Assembly: GCA_945919455.1 (NCBI GenBank)
Contig: CAMEJH010000003.1
Location: 807 to 64,806 of the forward strand
Origin: an uncultured Clostridium sp.
GTDB lineage: Bacteria > Bacillota > Clostridia > TANB77 > CAG-508
Direction of reading: 5' to 3'
Length of the DNA stretch: 64,000 bases
Part shown: one piece after another, positions 29,219 through 38,180 of the stretch
Numbering within the stretch: the first letter of the stretch is position 1
Layout: every line of letters starts with the position of its first letter
Notes under the pieces: model-generated
What the model saw: only the letters and a program-made list of their open reading frames with translations
Databases searched by the model: none
What the model was told of the DNA's origin: nothing
Position numbers and translations under genes: made by a program

Positions 29219-30124
29219 ATGAAAAAGAGAGAATTTGTAGTTAAAGCATATTTAGAAACTTTTAGAAGAATAAGATTATTTAACATAAAAAATAGTAATA
29301 TTAGAGGTTTAGCAGATAGAGAATATTGCTATAAAAAGATGAAAAGAAAATTTAGAAAAATAATTAAAAATGAACGAATTCATATGAAAGAATATGATAA
29401 CATAGAATACTCAAATAAAATTTGGATATGCTGGTTTCAGGGATTGGACAATGCACCGATATTAGTAAAAAAGTGTGTTGATTCTATTATGAATCATATG
29501 CCAAATTCAGAAATAATAATTATTACAAGTGAAAACTTCAGTAAGTATGTAGATATTCCTGAATATATAATAAAAAAGTTTAATAAAGGAATTATATCAT
29601 ATGCCCATTTTTCAGATATTTTAAGAATGGAATTGCTTACGAAGTATGGCGGCTATTGGATAGATGCAACGGTATATATGACTGATAAACAAAATATTTT
29701 TGAACAACAAAATACTCCTCTTTTTGTTTACAAAAATGTAAGTTTAAATAGAAAAGAGGGACTAGCTGTTGTAGCGTCAAGTTGGCTAATATATTCTTGC
29801 AAGAATAATCATATATTAGAATTTACGAAACAATTATTATATACTTATTGGAAAAAAAATAATATATTAATTAATTATAATTTAGTACATATATTTTTCA
29901 CAATAGCTACAGAAATATATTACAAAGAGTGGGAAAAAGTACCAACTTTTAGTAATATTCCGCCACATTTATTACAATTTGAATTATTAAATAAATTTGA
30001 CAATGAACGATTAAATCAATTGAAACAAATGAGTTGCTTTCACAAATTAAATAGAAGAGTTGAAAGTGAAAATAAAGATAATTTTTATTATTATATTGTA
30101 GGAGGAAAAAATGAAAAAATATAA
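29219..30124 (+). CDS. Capsular polysaccharide synthesis protein (Caps_synth / GT32-like glycosyltransferase)
   Basis: WICWFQG and FSDILRMELLTKYGGYWIDATV motifs. Confidence 0.6.
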   Translation: MKKREFVVKAYLETFRRIRLFNIKNSNIRGLADREYCYKKMKRKFRKIIKNERIHMKEYDNIEYSNKIWICWFQGLDNAPILVKKCVDSIMNHMPNSEIIIITSENFSKYVDIPEYIIKKFNKGIISYAHFSDILRMELLTKYGGYWIDATVYMTDKQNIFEQQNTPLFVYKNVSLNRKEGLAVVASSWLIYSCKNNHILEFTKQLLYTYWKKNNILINYNLVHIFFTIATEIYYKEWEKVPTFSNIPPHLLQFELLNKFDNERLNQLKQMSCFHKLNRRVESENKDNFYYYIVGGKNEKI

Positions 30125-30542
30125 AATTGGATACACAACAGGTGTTTTTGATATGTTTCATATAGGGCATTTAAACATTTTAAAAAAAGCTAAAGAACAG
30201 TGCGAATATTTAATTGTTGGGGTTTCGACTGATGAGTTGGTTCAAATTTCAAAAAATAAAATGCCAATAATACCATTTGAAGAAAGAATGGAAATTGTTT
30301 CTTCAATAAAATATGTTGACAGAGTGGTTCCACAAGTAAATAAGGATAAAATAGCTGCATTTGAGAAGTATCATTTTGATGTAATGTTCGTGGGAGATGA
30401 TTGGAAAGGTTCTGAATTATTTACAAAATGTGAGAAAGAACTTAATAAAAGAGGTAGTAATGTTATATATTTTCCATATACAAAAGGGATATCATCGACT
30501 ATATTAAGAGAAAAAGTGTTAACTAGAGGAGAAAATAAATAG
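30111..30542 (+). CDS. tagD: Glycerol-3-phosphate cytidylyltransferase
   Basis: GYTTGVFDMFHIGHLNILKKAK (HxGH), VGVSTDE and ISSTILRE. The size of about 140 aa fits. Confidence 0.9.
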   Translation: MKKYKIGYTTGVFDMFHIGHLNILKKAKEQCEYLIVGVSTDELVQISKNKMPIIPFEERMEIVSSIKYVDRVVPQVNKDKIAAFEKYHFDVMFVGDDWKGSELFTKCEKELNKRGSNVIYFPYTKGISSTILREKVLTRGENK

Positions 30543-30544
30543 TA

Positions 30545-31957
30545 ATGGAAAAGAGTAAGGTATTTGTTAAAAATACAATAATTCTATTTATTGGTAAATT
30601 TGCAACTCAATTTATGTCATTATTACTTTTACCACTTTTTACACATTTTTTATTAATTGAAGATTTTGGTGCTGTTGATCTATTACAAACATATATAACT
30701 TTATTTATTCCCATATTAACCTTGAGAGTAGATAGTGCAATATTTAGATTTTTGATTGATAAAAGAGATGATGAAAATGGAATGAAAAGTATTATTAGTA
30801 ATGTGTTTTTTTTATTAATAATAGGTGTTTTCATTACTATAATAGGATTTGCAATATTGAATTATTTTGTTGTAATTAATTATTCAAAATATGTAATATT
30901 AAACTTGATAATTTTGATGATATCAAATATATTCTTACAATTGTTAAGAGGTCTTGGAAAAAATAAAGAATATTCTATTGCAAGTATCATTACAGGTGTT
31001 GCTACATTAATTATTAATATATTGTTAATAGTTGTGTTTAGATTTAATGCTAGAAGTATTTTAATTTCATCATCTGTAGCTAATTTATTATGTATTTATT
31101 ATGTGTTTTTTAAAATAAAGGTTTTTAGATATGTAGAAATAAGATTGATTAGAAAAAAAATAATTAAGGAGATATTGTCATATTCTTTACCTATGATTCC
31201 AAATTCGCTTTCGTGGTGGATTGTAAATGTGTCCGATAGAACAATCATTTCAATGTTTTTAGGAACAGCATTTAATGGGATATATACAGTCTCTTGTAAA
31301 TTTTCGAATATTTTAAATAGTGTATATTCTATTTTTAATATGTCATGGCAAGAAACGGCTACTTTACATATTAATGATGATGATAAAAATGAATTTTTTA
31401 CAGATATGATTAATAAATTATTTATTTTGTTTTCTAGTTTAGCGATATTAATACTCGTTTGTTTACCGTTCGTATATGACATATTGATAGGAAATGACTA
31501 TATTAATTCATATAATTATATACCAATTTTATTATATGCAAATTCTTGGAATGTGTTGATTGGATTAATTGGTGCAATCTATGTGGCAAAGAAAAAGTCA
31601 AAGGAAATTGCTGCTACAACGCTTGTTTCAGCGTTAATAAATATAATAATAAATATTATTCTAATAAAATTTATTGGATTATATGCTGCTTGTGTATCTA
31701 CTTTAATTTCGTATTTTATAATGAGTATATATAGATATATAGATTGTCAAAAGTATGTAAAAGTTAGGCTAGATATCAAGAAAATAACTATTTTTACAGC
31801 ACTATATATCTTGTCTTCCATAATATATTTAATTAATAATATTTGGATGAATATTATTAATTTAGTGGTTGTAATCGTATATTCACTAATTGTAAATAAA
31901 TATATAATTACTATTTGTTTAAACTTTATAAAAAATAAATTAAGCAAAAATGAGTGA
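30545..31957 (+). CDS. Oligosaccharide flippase (Wzx, MOP superfamily)
   Basis: 470 aa with about 12-14 TM helices. The N-terminus KNTIILFIGKFATQFMSLLLLPLFT is typical of polysaccharide biosynthesis (PST) flippases. Confidence 0.75.
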   Translation: MEKSKVFVKNTIILFIGKFATQFMSLLLLPLFTHFLLIEDFGAVDLLQTYITLFIPILTLRVDSAIFRFLIDKRDDENGMKSIISNVFFLLIIGVFITIIGFAILNYFVVINYSKYVILNLIILMISNIFLQLLRGLGKNKEYSIASIITGVATLIINILLIVVFRFNARSILISSSVANLLCIYYVFFKIKVFRYVEIRLIRKKIIKEILSYSLPMIPNSLSWWIVNVSDRTIISMFLGTAFNGIYTVSCKFSNILNSVYSIFNMSWQETATLHINDDDKNEFFTDMINKLFILFSSLAILILVCLPFVYDILIGNDYINSYNYIPILLYANSWNVLIGLIGAIYVAKKKSKEIAATTLVSALINIIINIILIKFIGLYAACVSTLISYFIMSIYRYIDCQKYVKVRLDIKKITIFTALYILSSIIYLINNIWMNIINLVVVIVYSLIVNKYIITICLNFIKNKLSKNE

Positions 31958-32131
31958 ATCTAAAAATGTGAATAACTCTATGAAAAAGAATATAGATAGA
32001 TTTTCAAAAGATTTTTTGCTTACAATTAATACAGAAAAAACTAAAAGAAATGAGGTTACAAAATGGAACTACATTTGACAAAAGATAAAAAATATTACCA
32101 AAAAATACCTAAAATTTTTTTCTAAAAACTA

Positions 32132-32160
32132 TTGCATAAAAAAATATGTAATGTTATAAT
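32132..32160 (+). promoter_or_regulatory. Sigma-A-type promoter (TTGCAT-17-TATAAT)
   Basis: TTGCAT at 32132-32137, a 17-nt spacer, then TATAAT at 32155-32160, upstream of the 32198 gene. Confidence 0.55.
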
Positions 32161-32197
32161 CAAATAGAAATTTAACAAAGGAAAGGGAGAATGAAAA

Positions 32198-32725
32198 ATG
32201 AAAAAATTTTTAACAGTATCATTATTAGTTGTAATGTTAGTAATGGCAGCTGCTACAGTAGTAAATGCTGCAACATCAGCAACACTAGCAGATGAGCTAT
32301 ATGCAAAAGGAGCAAAATATGGAATGACATCATCAGACAAAGTAAAAATAGAAAGATACTTATCTGAAAATCCAGTTACAGACGCACAAGCTGATGCAGT
32401 ATTAGCAAAAGCAGATGAAGCAGTAGCTGTAATGGAAAGAGCAGGAGTAACAAATTATGATAAATTAACAACAGCACAAAAAGATGAATTAAAAGCAATA
32501 GCTAAATCAGCAGCAGAATTAATAGATGTTAAATTAGTTTTCAAAGCAGGATCAGTAGAAATTTACAACAAAGATGGAAAATTAATAGAAACAGTTACAG
32601 AAAATAATGGAAAATTAGCATACACAGGAAATAACGTAAATGTTGTTTTAGTTGTTTCTATAATAGCAATAATTGCCCTAGCTATCACTGTTGTAGCAAA
32701 GAAAACATTTGCAAATGCAAAATAA
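32198..32725 (+). CDS. Secreted protein with a variant cell-wall sorting signal (LAYTG)
   Basis: Signal peptide MKKFLTVSLLVVMLVMAAATVVNA. The C-terminus has LAYTG, a hydrophobic helix and a KKTFANAK tail. RBS aagggag. The gene sits directly upstream of a sortase gene. Confidence 0.6.
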   Translation: MKKFLTVSLLVVMLVMAAATVVNAATSATLADELYAKGAKYGMTSSDKVKIERYLSENPVTDAQADAVLAKADEAVAVMERAGVTNYDKLTTAQKDELKAIAKSAAELIDVKLVFKAGSVEIYNKDGKLIETVTENNGKLAYTGNNVNVVLVVSIIAIIALAITVVAKKTFANAK

Positions 32726-33338
32726 ATTAGTACAAGCATTAAAAGCAACTATTAGTAGCATAATAGTTGCTTTATTAATTACAGGGTTACTAATACTTGT
32801 AATATATCTATTTCTAGGGCAAGAGATAGGAGAAATTTTTTCATTAGTAAATAAAGTATCAATAACAATTGATGAAAATAGAGAACAAAAGCCAACAACA
32901 ATAAGTGAAGAAAAAAACACACTAGAAAACTATCCAGAATATGGAACTCAATATGCAACAATAGAAATAGACAAAATAGATGTTAACTTACCAGTATATT
33001 TTGGAGATACATTAGAAATCCTAAAAAAAGGAGTAGGACATTCTAGTGGAAGTTACTTCCCAGGAGAAGGTGGCTCAATAGTATATATGGGGCACAACTC
33101 TAAGAAAATGTTTAGAAGATTTTCAGAACTACAAATTGGAAACGAAATAAAAGTAACAACAAACTATGGAGAATATAAATATAAAATATATGATATGCAA
33201 CTAATAAAAGAAACAGAATTAGATAAACTCCCAATACAAAGAGAAAAAGAAATTCTAATGGTATATACATGCTATCCATTTAATAATGTTGGATATGCAA
33301 CACAAAGATATGTAGTATATGCAGAACTAGAAAAGTAG
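32709..33338 (+). CDS. Sortase (cysteine transpeptidase)
   Basis: N-terminal TM, catalytic His context VYMGHNS, Cys motif MVYTCYPF and Arg context TQRYVVYA. The start is uncertain because the RBS is weak. Confidence 0.8.
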   Translation: MQMQNKLVQALKATISSIIVALLITGLLILVIYLFLGQEIGEIFSLVNKVSITIDENREQKPTTISEEKNTLENYPEYGTQYATIEIDKIDVNLPVYFGDTLEILKKGVGHSSGSYFPGEGGSIVYMGHNSKKMFRRFSELQIGNEIKVTTNYGEYKYKIYDMQLIKETELDKLPIQREKEILMVYTCYPFNNVGYATQRYVVYAELEK

Positions 33339-33351
33339 AAAGGAAGAAAAA

Positions 33352-34206
33352 ATGAAAGTAATAACAAACATCATAAAATTTATTGTTTTAACAATACTTA
33401 CAGTATGCATTGTTTCAGTAGGAATAATTACAATAGTTTCTTCTACAATTCTAGATCAAAACTATATTATGCAAAAATTAGAAGAAACCAATTTTTACTC
33501 AGACACATATGAACTAGTAAAATCAAATTTTGAAAATTATATATATCAATCAGGACTTGACGAAGAAGTATTAAATGATATATGTACAAAAGAAAAAGTT
33601 AAACAAGACTTAAACTTAATATTAACAAATATATATCAAGGAACAGATAAAAAAATAGATACAGCAGAAATTGCAGATAAACTTAATGCAAATATAGATA
33701 AATTAGACATAAGAAATAGTAAAAACTCAAAAGCAATAGAACAATTTGTAACACATATATGTGATGAATATACAAATACATTAATTCATACAAAATATGA
33801 AAATGATATAAATGAAATGTATAGTAAAGTTACAAAATTATTGGACAAACTATATAATGCAATAGTTATAGTAATGGTTGTAGATATAATAATATTAATA
33901 ATTATAAACATAAAAAAATCAAGAAAAATTATACAAGATTTAGGAATTGCATTATTATCAACTTCAGTATTTAACATAATAATTAATAATATTGTAAATT
34001 CAAAAGTTAATATACAAGGAATTAAGATATTTAATGATACATTTTCAAATTCAATAATATCAATCATACAAGAAGTATTAGAAAAGATATTATCATTTGG
34101 AATTGGTGCATTAGTAATATCATTAATACTAATTGCAATATATGCTGGAATAACAGCAAAAACAGAACTTCAAGATAAAAAAGAAGAAAAAACAACAGAT
34201 AAATAG
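33352..34206 (+). CDS. Hypothetical membrane protein
   Basis: N-terminal TM plus three C-terminal TM segments. RBS aaggaag. No motif recognised. Confidence 0.5.
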   Translation: MKVITNIIKFIVLTILTVCIVSVGIITIVSSTILDQNYIMQKLEETNFYSDTYELVKSNFENYIYQSGLDEEVLNDICTKEKVKQDLNLILTNIYQGTDKKIDTAEIADKLNANIDKLDIRNSKNSKAIEQFVTHICDEYTNTLIHTKYENDINEMYSKVTKLLDKLYNAIVIVMVVDIIILIIINIKKSRKIIQDLGIALLSTSVFNIIINNIVNSKVNIQGIKIFNDTFSNSIISIIQEVLEKILSFGIGALVISLILIAIYAGITAKTELQDKKEEKTTDK

Positions 34207-34215
34207 GGGGAAGAG

Positions 34216-34947
34216 ATGGAAGAATTAGATTTAAAAGAACTATTACAAATATTTTGGGAAAAGAAATTACAAATAATATTAATAACAGCAATATTTATGA
34301 CTATTGGAGTAATATATACTATAGCATTTGTAACACCAAAATATGAATCAAAAACAACACTATTATTAGCAACAAATTCCTCAGGAGATACAAATGGAAA
34401 GGAATCTATAACAACAACAGATGTAACATTAAACTCAAAATTAGTATCTACATATAGTGGACTTGTAAAAAGTGATAAAATTATAAGAACTGTAATATCA
34501 AACTTAGGAATAGATGAAACTGCAGAAGAAGTTAAAAAAAGTGTAAGTGTAACACAAGTATCAGATGCAGAAATAATAGAAATAAAAGTAAAAAATGAAG
34601 ATCCAGTTTTAGCATCAAAAATAACAAATGAAATAGCAAAAGTATTTATAGAAAGAGTAAAAGATGAATTTTATGGAATAGACAATTTACGTATAGTAGA
34701 TGAAGCAGAGGTTTCAGAAAAACCATACAATATAAATCATGTAAAAGATATTGTAATATTTGGATTTGTAGGACTAGTAATAGCATCAATGTATGTACTT
34801 GTAGCAAATATGCTAGATACAACAATAAAATCATCAGAGGATATAGAAAAAATAGCAGGAATAACAGTACTAGCATCTATACCTGTTTATGAAACAGCAC
34901 TAGAAGAGAAAAAAACTAAAAACAAAAGAAAAGGAGGAAAAAGATAA
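34216..34947 (+). CDS. Polysaccharide chain-length determinant / BY-kinase transmembrane modulator (Wzz, CpsC/YwqC-like)
   Basis: MEELDLKELLQIFWEKKLQIILITAIF N-terminus (Wzz motif) and a second TM near the C-terminus. It immediately precedes the kinase gene with an ATGA overlap. Confidence 0.8.
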   Translation: MEELDLKELLQIFWEKKLQIILITAIFMTIGVIYTIAFVTPKYESKTTLLLATNSSGDTNGKESITTTDVTLNSKLVSTYSGLVKSDKIIRTVISNLGIDETAEEVKKSVSVTQVSDAEIIEIKVKNEDPVLASKITNEIAKVFIERVKDEFYGIDNLRIVDEAEVSEKPYNINHVKDIVIFGFVGLVIASMYVLVANMLDTTIKSSEDIEKIAGITVLASIPVYETALEEKKTKNKRKGGKR

Positions 34948-35984
34948 TGAAAAAAGAATTAATAGCGCATAAAGATCCAAAATCTCCTGTTTCTGAAATT
35001 TTTAGAACTTTAAGAACAAATATACAATTTATGAATTCAAACAAACAGCTAAAAACTTTATTAGTAACTTCAACATTACCAGGTGAAGGAAAAAGTTGGG
35101 TTTCTTCAAACTTAGCTGTAGCATTTGCACAAGCAGGAAAAAGAGTTGTATTAATAGATGCAGATATGAGAAAAGGAAGATTATATAATATATTTGGTGT
35201 ATTACCAAGACCTGGATTATCAAACTATCTTTCAGGAGTAAATGAAAATAGTTTCGAAAAAAATAATTTAGTAAATTTTTTAAGAGAAACAGAAGTACCA
35301 AACTTATATGTAATGCCAGCAGGTAATATTCCACCAAACCCATCAGAACTATTAATAACACCTCAGATGGTGAATTTACTAGATGAATTAAAACAAGAAT
35401 GTGATTTAATAATAATAGATGGTACACCATCAAAACTAGTTACAGATGCAGTAATATTATCTAGAATAGTAGATTCTACAATTGTAGTTACTGCACATAA
35501 TCAAACCAAAAAAGATGATTTACAAAAAGTAATTAGAGATATAAAAAATGTTGGAGGAAATGTTGCCGGAGTAGTATTTAATAAAATACCAGTTTCTGCA
35601 AAAAAATACAATGAAACATATTATTATTCATCAGTTACTCAAAAAACACAGGTAAAACCTAAAACAGAAGTTAATTATGAACAAAAAAGAGAAATACAAA
35701 GAAGCAGAACAATAGAAAATAATAGTAATGACAGAGAAACAAGAGAAACTCAAGAAAATTTAAAAACAAAAAGCAATGAATTAGAAGTTGAGGTTGAAAT
35801 ACCAAAGGCATTAAGAAAAGAAAAAACAGAACAGTTTATAACAATTCCAATGAGAGAAGAAACCAAAATACAAATAGAACCAGAAATTCCAAAAGAAAAA
35901 ACAGCAGAAGAAAGAACTGCAGAAGTACTTAAAGAATTTAATGAATATCTAAAGAAAGAAAAGAGAAGGAAAAACTATAAATAG
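34947..35984 (+). CDS. Tyrosine-protein kinase (BY-kinase, CpsD/YwqD-like) with a long C-terminal extension
   Basis: Walker A TSTLPGEGKS, Walker A' VVLIDADMRKG, Walker B LIIIDGTP and Tyr cluster YNETYYYSS. About 115 extra Lys/Glu-rich residues follow. Confidence 0.85.
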   Translation: MKKELIAHKDPKSPVSEIFRTLRTNIQFMNSNKQLKTLLVTSTLPGEGKSWVSSNLAVAFAQAGKRVVLIDADMRKGRLYNIFGVLPRPGLSNYLSGVNENSFEKNNLVNFLRETEVPNLYVMPAGNIPPNPSELLITPQMVNLLDELKQECDLIIIDGTPSKLVTDAVILSRIVDSTIVVTAHNQTKKDDLQKVIRDIKNVGGNVAGVVFNKIPVSAKKYNETYYYSSVTQKTQVKPKTEVNYEQKREIQRSRTIENNSNDRETRETQENLKTKSNELEVEVEIPKALRKEKTEQFITIPMREETKIQIEPEIPKEKTAEERTAEVLKEFNEYLKKEKRRKNYK

Positions 35985-35993
35985 GAGAGGAAC

Positions 35994-36698
35994 ATGATAG
36001 ACTTTCATTCACACATATTACCCAATGTAGATGACGGTTCTACAAGTATGGAAGAAACATTAAAGTTAATACAAGAAGCAAAAAATGCAGGTTTTACAAA
36101 AATAATTTCTACATCTCATTATATAGAGGACTATTATGAATGTGATGAAGAAACTAGAAAAGAACTTTTAGAACAAATCAGAGCAAGTTATTTAGATATA
36201 GAAATATGTCTTGGAAATGAAATATATTTAACAAGCGAAATTCCACAATTAATAAAAGAAAAAAAGGCATCAACTATAAACAATTCAAGATATGTATTAT
36301 TTGAACTTCCAATGAATGCAAAACCATTTAATGCAAAAGAAACAGTATATAGGCTAATAGAAAATGGATATACACCTGTAATAGCACATCCAGAAAGATA
36401 TAGTTATGTGCAAGAAACTCCTGAATATGTAGAAGAATTAGCTAATATGGGGGCATTATTTCAAGCAAATTTTGGAAGTGTAATAGGTTTATATGGAAAA
36501 AAAGCAGAAAAGAATGTACAAAAATTACTAAAACAAGATCTTATACCCTTTTTGGGCTCAGATGTTCATAGAACAGATCAAATTTATACAAAAGTACCAA
36601 AAATTTTAAAAAAATTAAATAAAATTATTTCAGAAGAAAAAATACAAGAACTTACAGAAATAAATCCACAAAAAGTTCTTAATAATGAAGAAATTTAA
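35994..36698 (+). CDS. Tyrosine-protein phosphatase, PHP family (CpsB/YwqE-like)
   Basis: MIDFHSHILPNVDDGS, SHY, AHPERY and GSDVH metal-binding motifs. Confidence 0.85.
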   Translation: MIDFHSHILPNVDDGSTSMEETLKLIQEAKNAGFTKIISTSHYIEDYYECDEETRKELLEQIRASYLDIEICLGNEIYLTSEIPQLIKEKKASTINNSRYVLFELPMNAKPFNAKETVYRLIENGYTPVIAHPERYSYVQETPEYVEELANMGALFQANFGSVIGLYGKKAEKNVQKLLKQDLIPFLGSDVHRTDQIYTKVPKILKKLNKIISEEKIQELTEINPQKVLNNEEI

Positions 36699-36710
36699 TG
36701 AATATAATAT

Positions 36711-36740
36711 AAAGGCAGGAGCACATCTCCTGCCTTTATG
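36711..36740 (+). terminator. Rho-independent terminator closing the polysaccharide locus
   Basis: aaaggcaggag (36711-36721) pairs with ctcctgccttt (36727-36737). Confidence 0.8.
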
Positions 36741-36811
36741 TATGCTTAAAACATATATAAAATCAAGAAAAATACTTCTGCCAAAATTTAAAAATCTAAA
36801 TATAGTAAAAA

Positions 36812-37021
36812 CTATTTGTTAGCCATATTATTTTCAACTTGTTGTATCATTTTTCTAACCATATTTCCACCGATTTTACCAGCATCTTTAGCTGATATAT
36901 CTCCATTATATCCGTCCTTTAAAGTTACACCAACTTCTGAAGCAACTTCATATTTGAATTTATCTAAAGCGCTCATAGCTTCTGGAACTAATTTTTTATT
37001 ACTGTTGTTTGAGTTTGCCAT
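36812..37021 (-). CDS. Alpha/beta-type small acid-soluble spore protein
   Basis: KLVPEAMSALDKFKYEVASEVGV and GGNMVRKMI signatures. 69 aa. RBS ggaggtg. Confidence 0.9.
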   Translation of the reverse strand: MANSNNSNKKLVPEAMSALDKFKYEVASEVGVTLKDGYNGDISAKDAGKIGGNMVRKMIQQVENNMANK

Positions 37022-37179
37022 GTTTTTTCACCTCCTGCTATATATAACATTTCTTAGAAAAAACTATTGCTTTTTCTAAATATATGATGTACAATTTTTG
37101 TGAAAATAAACAGGAAAAATTTTGAAAAAAACAAAAAAAACGTAGATTTTTGCTTTTTATGAAAGGAATGAACATAAAT

Positions 37180-38052
37180 ATGTATAAGCTAGTTGCAATA
37201 GATTTAGACGGCACTTTACTAAATCCTTATGGAGAAGTAAGCGAAGAAACAAAAGAAACTATAAAAATGGTTAAAAACAAAGGCGTAGAAGTAGTAATAG
37301 CATCAGGAAGACCAATTGATTCGATAAAAACAATTGCAAAAGAAATTGAAAGTGATAAATATTTTATATCAGGAAATGGTGCTATACTATATGATGTAAA
37401 AAATAATGAAATTTTATACGAAAATACACTAAAAAAATCAAAAGTTTTAGACATAATAAAAATATGTGAAGAAAACAGTATTTATTACAATATTTACACA
37501 GAAAAAGAAATAATTGCTAAAGGATTAAATTTTAATGTTTTATATTATTATAAAGAAAATCTAAATAAAGATGAAGACAATAAAACACATATAAATATTA
37601 TAGAAAATATATATGACTATATTTCTCAAAGAGAAGAAAAAATATTAAAAATTACAATATGTGATGACAATCAAACAATATTTAATTCTATTATGAGAAA
37701 ATTAAAAGAAATTAATGACATAGAAATACTAGAAGTTTCACATATGTCAAGAAAAATAATAAGACAAGGGACAGAAGAAGTACCTATAGAATATTTTTAT
37801 ACAGAAATATCTGCAAAAAATGTAGATAAATGGGATGCAATAGAACAATTAGCTCAGAAATTAAATATAAAAAATGAAGAAATAATTGCTATAGGAGACA
37901 ATATAAATGATAAAAAAATGATACAAAATGCTGGTATGGGAATTGCTATGGAGGGAAGCACAAACGAAGTGACTCAAATTGCAAATTATGTGACAACCAA
38001 TAATAGTGAAAACGGTGTTGCAAAAGCTCTTAAAAAATTAATTCTAGAATAA
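37180..38052 (+). CDS. Cof-type HAD-IIB phosphatase
   Basis: MYKLVAIDLDGTLL (motif I), ASGRP, and GDNINDKKMIQNAGMGIAM (motif III/IV). The start at 37180 is preferred over the track start at 37150. Confidence 0.8.
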   Translation: MYKLVAIDLDGTLLNPYGEVSEETKETIKMVKNKGVEVVIASGRPIDSIKTIAKEIESDKYFISGNGAILYDVKNNEILYENTLKKSKVLDIIKICEENSIYYNIYTEKEIIAKGLNFNVLYYYKENLNKDEDNKTHINIIENIYDYISQREEKILKITICDDNQTIFNSIMRKLKEINDIEILEVSHMSRKIIRQGTEEVPIEYFYTEISAKNVDKWDAIEQLAQKLNIKNEEIIAIGDNINDKKMIQNAGMGIAMEGSTNEVTQIANYVTTNNSENGVAKALKKLILE

Positions 38053-38107
38053 ATATTACAACAATATTACAATTATATTAAGTTTATATTACAAAACAAA
38101 AAGTTTG

Positions 38108-38136
38108 TTGATTTTAATCTAAAAAAGATGTAAAAT
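38108..38136 (+). promoter_or_regulatory. Candidate promoter for the filament operon (TTGATT-17-TAAAAT)
   Basis: TTGATT at 38108-38113, a 17-nt spacer, then TAAAAT at 38131-38136. Confidence 0.35.
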
Positions 38137-38180
38137 AAATAAAGATAGCATATAAATGCGTATATAAGGAGGAATAAAAT

